NCBI RefSeq assembly: GCF_048593235.1
Contig: NC_133620.1
Span: 158,536,852 to 158,600,851, forward strand
Length of the DNA stretch: 64,000 nt
Direction: 5' to 3'
Origin: Sminthopsis crassicaudata
Taxonomy: Eukaryota
Shown one piece after another: positions 25,682-37,120 of the stretch. The translations under genes and the position numbers were made by a program. Numbering within the stretch: the first letter of the stretch is position 1; each line of letters starts with the position of its first letter. A model generated the notes under the pieces. That model worked only from the letters and a program-made list of their open reading frames with translations, was not told where the DNA came from and did no database searches.

Positions 25682-25742
<61 letters not shown>
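25682..25742. repeat. Compound (AT)n(TG)n microsatellite
   Basis: Seen directly. Confidence 0.95.
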
Positions 25743-25745
<3 letters not shown>

Positions 25746-27391
25746 ATACACACACATGTACTATTTTTGTGTATATATACAATCATATATTTTAAAAAGG
25801 CATATAAAATAGGTATACAAATATAAACATTTACTAATAATAAGTTATAATTTTATGATTCCCCCATATTCAGTTACATGACTCTGTAGGGGTGACAACC
25901 CACAATTTTGAAAGGTTTGGGATATATGAATGTTCTTTTTCTTCTGGATAAGACTAAAGAAAAACTTTCCACAGTATCTTGGTAGAAGAAAAGAAGCTAA
26001 GCACATTGCGTTGGTACTGTGGGAAGCAGTTTTTTCCATGTAACACCTAGTATGTTATCATTACAAACTTCCTATTGATATAATCTTTCTATAGCTGGGA
26101 ATATTTTTAGAATTTTGAACATAAGATGGATGCACTCCAATGACAGCGGTAAATGGAGCAGAGGTGATAACAGAAGAGAATTTGTAGTTATTCCAAATCA
26201 GAGATGAAATATAGATGAGTGATTAAGTCATAGATAATACTATGTCATTTGAACTGGCATCATACAAGAGAGTAATTATTGTTAGTACCAATTTTATCAG
26301 TCTTGCTCAGACAGTAATACAAGATGGAAAGTGAAATTTATTTCTTATTGCGATGAGTTTTTTCCCTTATTTATTTTATCTTAGTGATTGCTATGTATTA
26401 TTTCACTTCTTCATTTCATTTTGGCAGAGTTCCTGGCTCCCTGAATTTTTTTAAGCTGCTAGTCTTTCCTGGGAAACTGGAAAGCTTTACATTTAGCTCT
26501 ACTTAGTCTTACTCCTTCATCACACTCTCTATACTTCCTTTCTCGTTTTTAGTTGTAGAATATATTTATGTTCTCTTTGATGTATAGTTCCAAGAAATAA
26601 TGACAATTTGGAAAATTCTTCACTGGATTAGAACTTTGCTTGGCAAGATTTCATCTATTCCTATTCCTTATGCCCCACCAGAAGTCACTTCTTTCTGTCC
26701 ATAGCACAACAGATTGCTATTGAAATTTTGAATGTCACCAACAGATGATTATGGTTTAAGATGGGAAGAAAATGTTTAAAACACAGATGGGTCTGCAAAT
26801 CGCATTTTTCTTCCTCAGGAATGCCTTCTTATATATAATATTAATGATATTAACACTATTCATGCAAATATGGTTCACAAATGCCACTTAAATAATCAAT
26901 TATGACTCAACCACTGACATGTTGCCACTTCTGGGAATGAGGGTCACAGACCAGAAGCGACCCTGTCTATAACCAGGAGAGCAAACTAATTCTCCTTGTC
27001 CTAGAGGTTTAGAAATACATGTAAGGTTTTTTTTTGTTTAGGTTTTTTAAGTCATCTGTGGGATATTTACTATATTTATAGAATTTAAAGGGCTTTGGTT
27101 TTTGAAAATTGTACCTAGTGCTTAATCTGTCATCAGAGAATTTGAAAATAAAGAGAAATAAGATTAATTCATGACTAGCACTTTTTTTCTTCCAGTGATT
27201 GCCAACAGATATTTGAATGCTTTAAATGTCAATGGAAAGAGGAAAAAAATCAAAGAAAAGAGGATATTTTGTTAAATTGCCCAAAAAACTGGGTAAATGG
27301 CTTTTGTACTGTATGTATATTGAGGAAAAGGTGATAAATCCAATTATAACTTTGTTTTCAAGTAATAACTGCTTTTCTGCTTTATCTCCAG

Positions 27392-30300
27392 CTACTGGCA
27401 CTAGCCAGAATGACTTCCGTGGGCACTCAATGTATGTCCCAGACCACTACTCCACCTTAGGAAGGCTTGACAATTATCGGAATGTCATTCAGCGTTCTGA
27501 AACTAGAGACTCCAGTTGTCAGACTGATGAAGTGAAAGTTGTGCCTCCTTCAATGAGAAGAATAAGGGCCCAAAAGGGCCAAGGTATTGCAGCCCAGATG
27601 AGCCAATTCTCCATCTCATCAGGGAACATGTCGGTGATGAGTGATTCTGCAGGAGTTGTGTTTCCTTCACGCCTCTACAGTGATGGAGGTTTCCATAGTC
27701 TTCCTCGCTCTGGAACAAGGTTATCCCATCATCCACTGGAGTCACCACAAGGTGTTGTTAACTCTGGAGAAGACTTGGCTAGTATTCTTTCTTACCAGAT
27801 GGGTAAGCTGCAAGTTGATGAGAACCTTGAGCAAATGAGATGTATCTCAAGGCCTGGGACATTATCAAGGCCCAAATCTGAAGAGTTGAGGCATTATGAA
27901 AGTGAAAAAATAAGCCCAGCTTGTGTTGTTTCTCCTCATGCAACTTACTCTACCAGCCTCATAGCAAATGCCACAATTTCTTCATCATCAGAGGTTATTG
28001 CTATTCACACAGTCCAGAATACTGGACAATTGGACAGCAAAATCACCAGCTCATTATCTTATGCAAAGACAATGAAGTCTAGAGACAATCTTGCCACCAT
28101 CAGTGCCATAAAAGATGATCATCAGTCTTCCGGTGGTAACTGGAGTGAGAATAGCTCTACTCGACATTCACAGACCAGCAATGTAGTCATGATGGCATCC
28201 CTCTGTGGCTCAGATGTCTCTCTGAACACTCCAGGAAGCAAGGAGAATGGGTCCCAAAATGTTGCCTATAACTGCAGAAGCAATCTGAATTTTCTAAGCC
28301 ATTCCCAGGATAGTGATGGCAAGAGTGAGTCTAGTTACTCAGGTGATAGAGCACATGGTAGCACAGAGGCCTGGGAATATAAAACCTTAGGTAATGAGAG
28401 GGCATCCCCACACAAGCCACTTTGTATTACTCCTGCTTACTCTACTCCCACTAGTAACATGAGCAACAGTAGTTTGGACCGGGCCTCAGTTAAAGAGGAT
28501 GCAAATGCAGTTCACTCCGACCATGATGGCTTCTATACTTCCATGCATATGGACTCTGGACTCAAATCAGGAAAACTGTACAATAGCAGTGATGGCTTTG
28601 GGAACCCCAGGCACAGTGTGATTAATGTTTTTGATGGGAAAGCCCAGAAAAACCAAGGTGACCAGTCACAATACTGTGATAAATCTCTGCCACGAAACAT
28701 CTCCTTAAAGAAAGCGAAGAAACCTCCTCTTCCACCTTTCAGAACAGATTCTCTTCGAAGGTCCCCTAAGAAAAAAACCCAGCCCAATGGGCAGGTGCTC
28801 AATGAGACTCTGATCGCTACCCTCCAGCATTCCTTGCAATTAAATCTGCAGCGTAAAGATAGCAGTTCCCCTTCCCAGAGCCCCTGTAGTGATTACGAGG
28901 ACCCATGGCTCCTGCGTTCCCGTAGCCAGAGCACAGTCAGCACAAGCAGCAGTATGGTGTCTGCCACAGCCCCAAACGTGTACTCTCTCTGCACAGTCAC
29001 GCCATCTCAGAGTGACACAAGCAGTGTCAAGTCAGAGTATGGCGATCCTTGGGGTTATTATATTGACTACACTGGCATACAGGAAGATCAGGGGAAATCT
29101 GGAGGAACATGTCCCCCTAGTGCTGTGGCCCCTCTGTGTGATTTTTCCACCAGCCACCTCCAGGATGGATCCAGGGCGCCTATTCCACAGGGGTCTAGTG
29201 GATTGGCCAAACCAAAGAACACTTCCCCAGAGAAGTCTCACAGGGTCACTTCTCCATCTAGTGGTTATTCCAGTCAGTCGAATACCCCTACAGCGCTTAC
29301 CCCAGTGCCTGTGTTTTTAAAATCCATCTCACCAGGAAATGGAAAATCAAAGTTGAAGCCCAAAGTGCCTGAAAGAAAATCCTCTCTGATCTCTTCAGTA
29401 TCTATCTCTTCATCTTCAACTTCCCTTTCTTCTAACACTTCAGCTGAAGGTAGTGTGAATGTGAAGAAGTTAGATTCATCCATTCCTCCTCTCTCTCCAG
29501 CACCTCTACATACTCTTGATCATTCCCCTCTTCCCCCTCCTCCTCCTCCTTTGGCAGATGTTTTGGAGCCATCCACCGTGCAACACTCCCCCATTTTCCC
29601 TCCTCCGCCACCAGAAATTCTTGCTTCTTCCTTCCTTCCAACTGATACATGCTTTCCTCTTCCCCCCACATCCTTCAGTACGCCAGATTCAGCTGCTTTC
29701 TTGCCACCACCTCCTTCGTCTCTTTTTCCCTCATCAGTTCCTCCACCTGCTCCACCTCTTGACCCCAAGTTGATGAAAGAAGCTTGGCCTTCCTTTAAAA
29801 AGTGTAGCCAGCAGGATTCTTCTTGTGCTGTATTAAAACAGCCTCTCAACCAGGAAGAAACCACTAAACCACCAATCCCCCTAATAACCACTAAAGCATT
29901 ACAGATGGTACGGTTGAGGCCAGTAAAAAAGCCCCCAGGAACATCAGGCAAACCACCTTCTGAAACAGCATCTCAGGAAAATAATTCTGTGGTTCCCCAG
30001 GGTCTGTTAAAACCACCTGCCTTGAAACACAGAGAGAGCCTCAATGGAGTGGACAGCAGCAAAGCCCAGAATGTCCCTCTTAAAAATATACTTCCATCTC
30101 CTGCAAAGGGCTCGTGTTTGGGTCAGCATAGCAGGGCAGCTGAGCTTGCCTCCCTTCAAAGGCATGGAGATGCAGTGCATCCTGAACCATGCTCTGAAGT
30201 ATCCTTTTCAGGAACAAATGCTGAAGAAGGAGTGCACACTTCTGGACAGGATGAGGAATCTCCCAGCCTCAGGACTGCCTTGCACCAGGAGCAGCCCAGC

Positions 30301-30742
30301 TCTCCAAAAAAGACACATGGCTCCTCACCCAGCAGGAAACCACCTCCTATTTCAAAGAAACCCAAACTGTTCCTTGTCGTGCCACCTCCGCACGTAGATT
30401 TCACAGCAGAGAAAACAACCAAAGTGAATGAAAGTGTCAGCAGCCCGACCAGGGGAGAGGTGGTTGATGTGAATGGCAGAGAGGCAAAAGGGGGATTTGC
30501 AGCAGGACCTGGTTCTGCCGAGGCAGACTTGGAAAGCTTGGTGCCAGAGGGAGGAGCTGCAGGATCCACCTTCCTTGCAGAAGTGCAAGTGGATGTCTAT
30601 ATGGTACAGCCTGATGCATCACCAGCTCAAGGAGCTCCCAAGCAGGAGGAGCCAACCACTTCAGATGAAGGCAGCAAGACAGAGAGCAAGGAAGACACTG
30701 GTGGTAACTTGGGCAACCCCCCTCCTCTAGAGGATGGAAATA
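27392..30742 (+). CDS. NHSL1: NHSL1 giant internal exon (3351 nt, phase 1 to 1), Ser/Pro-rich region
   Basis: tttatctccag acceptor, A|gtaagt donor. Uninterrupted ORF with NHSL1 motifs PDHYSTLGR, RDSSCQT, VPPSMRRIRAQKGQGIAAQM, KKPPLPP, SPSSGYSSQSNTPT, polyproline runs and RKPPPISKKPKL. Confidence 0.97.
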
Positions 30743-31269
30743 GTAAGTTTTTTTTTTTTTTTTTCCTTCTCTTTGCTAATTTGTAGTTAAACTCAATCGA
30801 GTTTGAGACTTTTAGACCGAAGACCAAGGGGCATAAGATTGGATTGAAATATTCACTGAAGTGTTGCCTAGAGTTCCTACAATATCTTGTAGAGCTTTCT
30901 ATTTTTTTTATTTTAATTAGATTAAAAACAGCCTCAGTCAAAGCAGTTGAGTAGGGAATAGCTGGCTGCATAAAGCATTTTTGTGCTGGTAGCAAAGTGA
31001 TAATTATAAGAATTTTTTAAAAAATTTAAATGAGGCATTGGAGTTTTATATCATTCAACAGAAAAGAGTACGGGAATTATTAATGTCTATCATACTCTCT
31101 CAGTTGGCCCACCTAACCATTTTCCTCTGTTCTTAGTGAAAATCATGCTGTAAATCACAGTGCCTATACTCCATTGGCTTTTGTATTTTTAGAGTAGCAC
31201 TAATTTATTAATAGACTGAAATTCTAAGTCATTCCTATGCTAAATATGTGCATTCTTTATCTTCTGCAG

Positions 31270-31402
31270 TTGGGGTATGTGAGGCTGACATGGTATGTAC
31301 TTCCCCTGGAGCATGCAGTAGCCTTAAGGAAGATGGGGGTGATGAGGTAACAACTCCAAGTAGACCCAGGACCACAGAAGATCTTTTTGCAGCTATCCAC
31401 AG
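31270..31402 (+). CDS. NHSL1: NHSL1 penultimate coding exon (phase 1 to 2)
   Basis: cttctgcag acceptor, CAG|gtacat donor. Encodes ...LKEDGGDEVTTPSRPRTTEDLFAAIH(R). Confidence 0.95.
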
Positions 31403-31775
31403 GTACATAAAAATTTATTTCTTTTAAGTGCTTATGATAACTTCCACTTTAACCTCTCTAAATATTTCAATCTATATTAGAAAAAAATTAAAATCCATGA
31501 ATCTTGCTTAGATTTCTGACTAATATTTCCCTGTTACTGGTAATCAAGATAATACAACTATGTTATATTTCTTCTGATCCAAAAAACAAAGTTTCCCTTG
31601 ATAATCTAAATTATCTTTAAATTATATGTTCTAAAATTGTTTTTTGAGGTTCTCTATTCAGTATATTTTGTGATTCTTTGCCTGACTAATTTCACTGTTG
31701 GTTTTGTCTGTGTCTCTATTTCCATTTCCTTCTTTCCCTCCAATTCCTTTACTCTCTGCTGCTTTTATGGTGCAG

Positions 31776-31829
31776 TTTGGGACAGAGATTCAACACATGC
31801 CTCCTGGCAAGCATGACATACACTGGCAA
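31776..31829 (+). CDS. NHSL1: Candidate 54-nt in-frame cassette exon of NHSL1, (S)LGQRFNTCLLASMTYTG(K)
   Basis: CTGACTAAT branch-like motif at 31682-31690, AG-free from 31662 to 31773, long pyrimidine tract, tgcag acceptor, weak CAA|gtaata donor. Phase 2-2 with no stop. Confidence 0.4.
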
Positions 31830-34736
31830 GTAATAACAGTTGTCAGTCATATGACAAAATATATGACAAGAGCTGGATTATAAATTCTCATAATCCGGTC
31901 AAGGATGAGATGTGGAATGAGTGTCTTGATATCCTGTGGTTTGAATGAAGTTGTATTTTGGTATATTATTTACTTTCTGTCTTTAGGTTAGAATTTTTTA
32001 GTTTTAGTTTTGTGCCAAATTGATTTTTTTTTTTTTCCAGATAAATTTCAGGTATCCAAAAAAAAAAAAAAAAAAAAAAGCAGCTATCTTTAAACAGAAA
32101 GACAGCATAGTCTTAAAATTGTATTTTGAGATGTACTGCTAGTGCCACCTACTGGACTCAGAGTTGTCTTTTTTTTTTTTTTTTTTAATTATTTGGGATA
32201 CTTTAAAAAGTGCTTCAATTTTTGCATCTTTTGCCTATACTTTTTGAAGTAAATATATTAGACTTGAAATTGTACTCAATATATCATTTTTTCTTGCCTC
32301 CTGATGACCCTGTATATTTAGTATTTTAGTAACTCCACATCAATTGCCTTATTGTGCCTTAGAACAAGGAACTTTTATCAAATACATGTATTCAGTTTTC
32401 TGTGTGTAAATTCACATTATATGAATTGTCTCTTGCTAAAAAGACTATTGTATGGGATAAAAGGTACTGTTCTGCCTAAACCAAGGCATTATATAACATA
32501 AGCACATCCCATTTTGGAGCACACCAGAATAATATTCCGTATACATTAAAACTAATGAGTAAAAGTGTTTTTAAAAATCATGAGAAGAGATTGCAACCCA
32601 AATTCAGATCTTCTCAATTGCAAAGTAATGCTTTTTCATCCATAGATCCAGCCATTAGCAACAAATTCCAATAAGTATTAAAATTATCTCTCTAACATTT
32701 CCTCTTCTCTTTAGTTACCAAATTCCAACCCTGGGAAATTAAGAAGAAGCATGCTCTGAATCTAAAACCAGTGGCACTAGTAACCAGCCCACAAGTCAGC
32801 AAAATACATTGAATCCAGAGTTAAAAGGCTGCAATTTGACTGTTTAATTTGCATTTTTTCTGACCTTTAAAGTAATTTTAATTGTGCACTTTTTCTAAAA
32901 AGATGGCATAAGTCTCTGGCATGTTTTGCTGCTGTGGACCAAGTTAAAATTCCAACTCTATCCCTTGCTACCAATATGATCTCAGACAAATAACTTCATC
33001 ATCCTGGGTCTCAATTTGCTCATCTCTGAAGTGAGAAAGTTGAACTAAATGCTTTAAAAAAAATCTGTTCTAGTTCTAAATCTGTATTCTTCTCATTTGT
33101 TTTCTTGGCTTTAAGCACCAAAATAAAATGTTTCTCTTGGTAATGATTCATTCGCATGTGAAGATGTGAAAACAAGATTAAGCATTTGTTACACTGTACA
33201 AATGTTATAGATACCTAAATAAAAGACCAAATATATCCTTAGTGTAGTTTGCGATTAAAAAATCAAATATGTGTATTGTCGGCTTCAAGAGTAGCATAGC
33301 AGGAACAATTAGAATTCATCTAAAAGATATGAATATAATAGTTGATCTTTTAAAAACAAAATCCAGATTTTATATTGGAAGGAAGAAAGGAAAAGGGAAA
33401 AGAAAGTAGGGAGGGAGGAAGGAAGGAGAAAAAGAAAGAAAGAAAGATTGATGCTCTGAGTACACATTTCAAAGAACAATTTCATAATGCCTATCAACCA
33501 AGTTTAGATTTAAAGCCAGATGGAAAGTGGGGCACCCAAGGAAGTGTGAAGTTCTTCACAATTATTGAAGCAAATAATTTCTAAGCCAATATTAGCTATT
33601 TAAGTAGACTTTAAAAGCCATTTTGGTTTTTGAAAACCACATATACAGTATTAATTTTTTTGTTGAGTTTGAATGGTTAGGCATTGGCTATTCCATTAAT
33701 GTATTATATTTTTAGTTTTTAAAAAATGATGCAATATTAATGTCTAGGCAGTAAGCAATCTCTGCTGTTATAAGTAAATTATTATATTAGGAAATCCTTA
33801 TTTCTTTTAGCACACATTTATATAAGGCTTTACAATTTATAAAATACTTTCTTTAGAACTATGAGAAGTCACTTTTGTACACATTATATCTATTTTATAG
33901 TTAAAGAAACAGAATTAACAGAACTTGTTAATTCATGCCGTAGTCAAGACTCAAATCCAAATCTCTGATCTCTATTTCAGTGTATTTCCAACTATCCCAT
34001 TAATATTAAATCAATGGTTTAAAAACAAAAACTAAAAGTAGTAGGATCTAGCTGTGCTTTATTTTAGAGCATTATGTAATCTGAACAGAGAATTCAGTCT
34101 TGCTGACTATTAATTGACTGAACAGTTTTAAGGAATATGAAAACATCACTCCTGCTAACAATGAAATGTTGTAACTAAAGAAACCCTATTGAAATAGTTT
34201 GTGTTTTAAAAACTGTTTGAATAAAAAAAATTGAAATATTATATTTCTTAAAACAGTTCTCTGCAAGAAAAATAGCAAAATATTATTTGAAATACATATA
34301 TTCATTGGGCATATAAATAACATTTATCAAATAGCAGATTAGATTTTGCTGGATACTTGTTTGAAACATGTTAGGTACATTAGACAGAAGAGAAAAAGCC
34401 TCTAGAAAGTGAGATCCATGATTTTCCAGCTCATTTAGTCTACATATCTACTTAACATTGTTTTATAGAAAAGACAATGCCACTTTGAAGAGACAGTGAG
34501 GAAGGAATGTGTCATTAGGTAGTATAGTCATTAAATTCATGGAAGGATGTTGCCCTATAATCTTAATGATCTCCGGCAAGAGTTCTTAAAATTGATCTGT
34601 GTGTCATTAGCACAGTCTAAAAAAAGTCTTAGACTTTTTCTTAGAATAATGGCCAGAAGGTAAAATCTATAGAATTGCAAAAGAAACTAATAATAATTGA
34701 AATATAGTTACAAAATATTTATTAAAAACAAATTCA

Positions 34737-34854
34737 GGGCAGCTAGGTCATGCTCTGGATGGAGTCAGGACAACCTGAGTTCAAATCCAAGCCTGGACAC
34801 TTGACATTTCCTAGCTATATGATCATCAGCAAGTCACTTAACCCTGATTGCCTT
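34737..34854 (+). mobile_element. Older WSINE1-type SINE with an internal deletion
   Basis: gggcagctagg...gagtcaggacaacctgagttcaaatcc...aagtcacttaaccctgattgcct. Confidence 0.8.
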
Positions 34855-36387
34855 GCTCCCCTCTTCATCCCCCCAAAATCATGTATCCTAGGTTAGTTGT
34901 CCTAAATAAGACTCTGATCTGGGATGTGGAGTAGGTCTTAAGCTTGGTTCAGGGTTCAGGAATGGGTTTTGGATTCCTTGTAGACTATTAATGAACGCTG
35001 GACCAGGTTTAACACTTCTTCCCCCATATCAATGCCTTGTTCAGTACAATTAAATGAACTTTAGTGTCAGGTTATGCAGCTCCTAATGTCAGTCCAATCT
35101 TGGTGATATTCCCATTCTTGGCCACTATTCACCCAGTCTTTTGATTGAATCATTACTTCTTCACTGATTAAGCCACTTTTAAAAATGTTTTATCAAAGCT
35201 CTTTTTTATGTATCATTTATTTCCAAATGACTAAATCTCTCTTCCCTCAATAAAACCTTCCCTTGTAACAAATAAGTACAATTAAGCAGAACCATTCAAC
35301 ACTTTATATAATCAGAGAAATGTTGGAAAATGCTTGTCACAATACATACCTGTAGTTTATCACTAGTCTGCTAAGAGGTGAGAAATATACTTTATCATCA
35401 GTCCTCTTAAATCAGACCAATGGCATTTATCGAGTTTTTGAAGCTTTTCAATGTTATTTTGCTTTAGATATTACTGGACTACTTTTCCTCTCCATATTTG
35501 CCAGCTCTTTGGTTGATAAAAATGTAGAGAAGATATTATATAAGCACCAAATCCTTGCTTGGTAGCCAGTAATAATTTCTGTACCCTCCCCACCCCATCC
35601 CCTTCTGTTCCACAGATCATGCTGCAGTAGAAGAGCATTGTGCCTATTTTCCTTAGTTATTGGAATTTTAGGGTGAAAAGGACTTTCCTGATCATTTATT
35701 TAAGTTTCCTGCCTGATGCTGTATTTCAACATTGTTACATTACAATAAACATCTTACTAAAACTAACTCCAGGGTAGTTAGGAACTTTTAGATTAGGTGC
35801 TGAATGCTGGTATGGTCCAGTAATTTCACATCTGTAATCCTAAGAACTGGCTTCCTGTCCTGGTCTTGCTTGGAAACCAAACTGGAAAAGAATTGGAGGA
35901 GGAAAGATGAGATGATTTGCTTTATATTACTATGATATGTGTTATATGTAACTTCAATAAAGAAAATTTTTAGTACCAAAAAAAAATGGGATTTAAGTTA
36001 ATGTTTGAATTCTAATACTGCCATTTATTAACTTTGTTAGCTTGGCCAAACCAACTTAATCTCATTCATTCACAATGTTGTCATCTGTAAGAAAGAGATA
36101 GTAATATTAATCACTACCTCACAGGTTTGTGGTAAGGATCAATTGAGATAATACAGGATGACCCAAAAATCTTATGTATATGTAAGATACTTTGTAAACT
36201 AGAAACCATTACACATATATGCATACTTATTCACCTATATATCTACTAATATTATTGTTATTAAAAACAAAACAAAACTCAGATGACAGTTGGAGTCTTC
36301 AGTGAATGAGAATGTCTTGTTATTGATTACTACCTTGTGAACCCAAGTAGAATAACTTTTTTTAATACATTTGTTCTTACATTTCAG

Positions 36388-37120
36388 ATCTAAACGGAAA
36401 GTCCTTGGCCGGAAGGATTCTGATGATGATCATTCCCGAAACCATTCTCCATCACCCCCCGTGACACCCACTGGTGCTGCCCCCAGCTTGGCTTCCCTTA
36501 AACAAGTGGGATCAATACAGAGAAGCATTCGTAAGAGTAGCACTAGCAGTGACAACTTCAAAGCTCTGCTGCTGAAAAAGGGGAGCCGGACAGATGCCAG
36601 CTCTCGAATGTCAGCAGCAGAGATGCTGAAGAATACAGACCCAAGGTTTCACAGATCCAGGTCAGAGCCCTCATCAGACACCCCAGACAGCCCCTCAAGT
36701 TGTTCTCCAAATAAGAACAGGAGGGCCCAGGAAGAGTGGGCCAAGAATGAAGGCCTGATGCCAAGGAGTCTGTCTTTCTCTGGCACGCGGTATGGCCGGA
36801 GCCGGACACCACCTTCTGCAGCAAGCAGCAGGTATAGCATGAGGAACCGAATTCAGAGCAGCCCTATGACTGTCATTTCTGAAGGGGAAGGAGAAGCAAT
36901 GGAGCCCACAGAAAACAGAATCCATCGGACTTCAGGAGTTGGGAGGGAGAAGGAAATGGATGGATTTTCTGGGAACCCAATGGACACGAGTGAACTTCCC
37001 TATTCTGAAGAGCAGGGCTCCAAGGAGGCCCAGGCTCCTAACCATTTAGATGCAGTGGATAAGGTGGTTAGTAAGGTTCTATCAGGACAGTGTAGAAGTT
37101 CTTTAAGGGAAGAGAGTTAG
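36388..37120 (+). CDS. NHSL1: NHSL1 terminal coding exon, stop TAG at 37118-37120
   Basis: ttcttacatttcag acceptor. Encodes SKRKVLGRKDSDDDHSRNHSPSPPVTPTG...SSDNFKALLLKKGSR...EEWAKNEGLMPRS...LREES*. Confidence 0.97.

Noticed and set aside
27226-27391. ORF-track N-terminus MSMERGKKSKK... of the 1186-aa ORF
   Set aside because: It lies upstream of a good acceptor at 27391 and has no NHSL1 similarity, so it is treated as intron. Kept only as a weak internal-start hypothesis.
27503-30995. Many overlapping antisense and alternate-frame ORFs across the giant exon
   Set aside because: Expected by-product of Ser/Pro-rich coding sequence; no recognisable domains or splice support.
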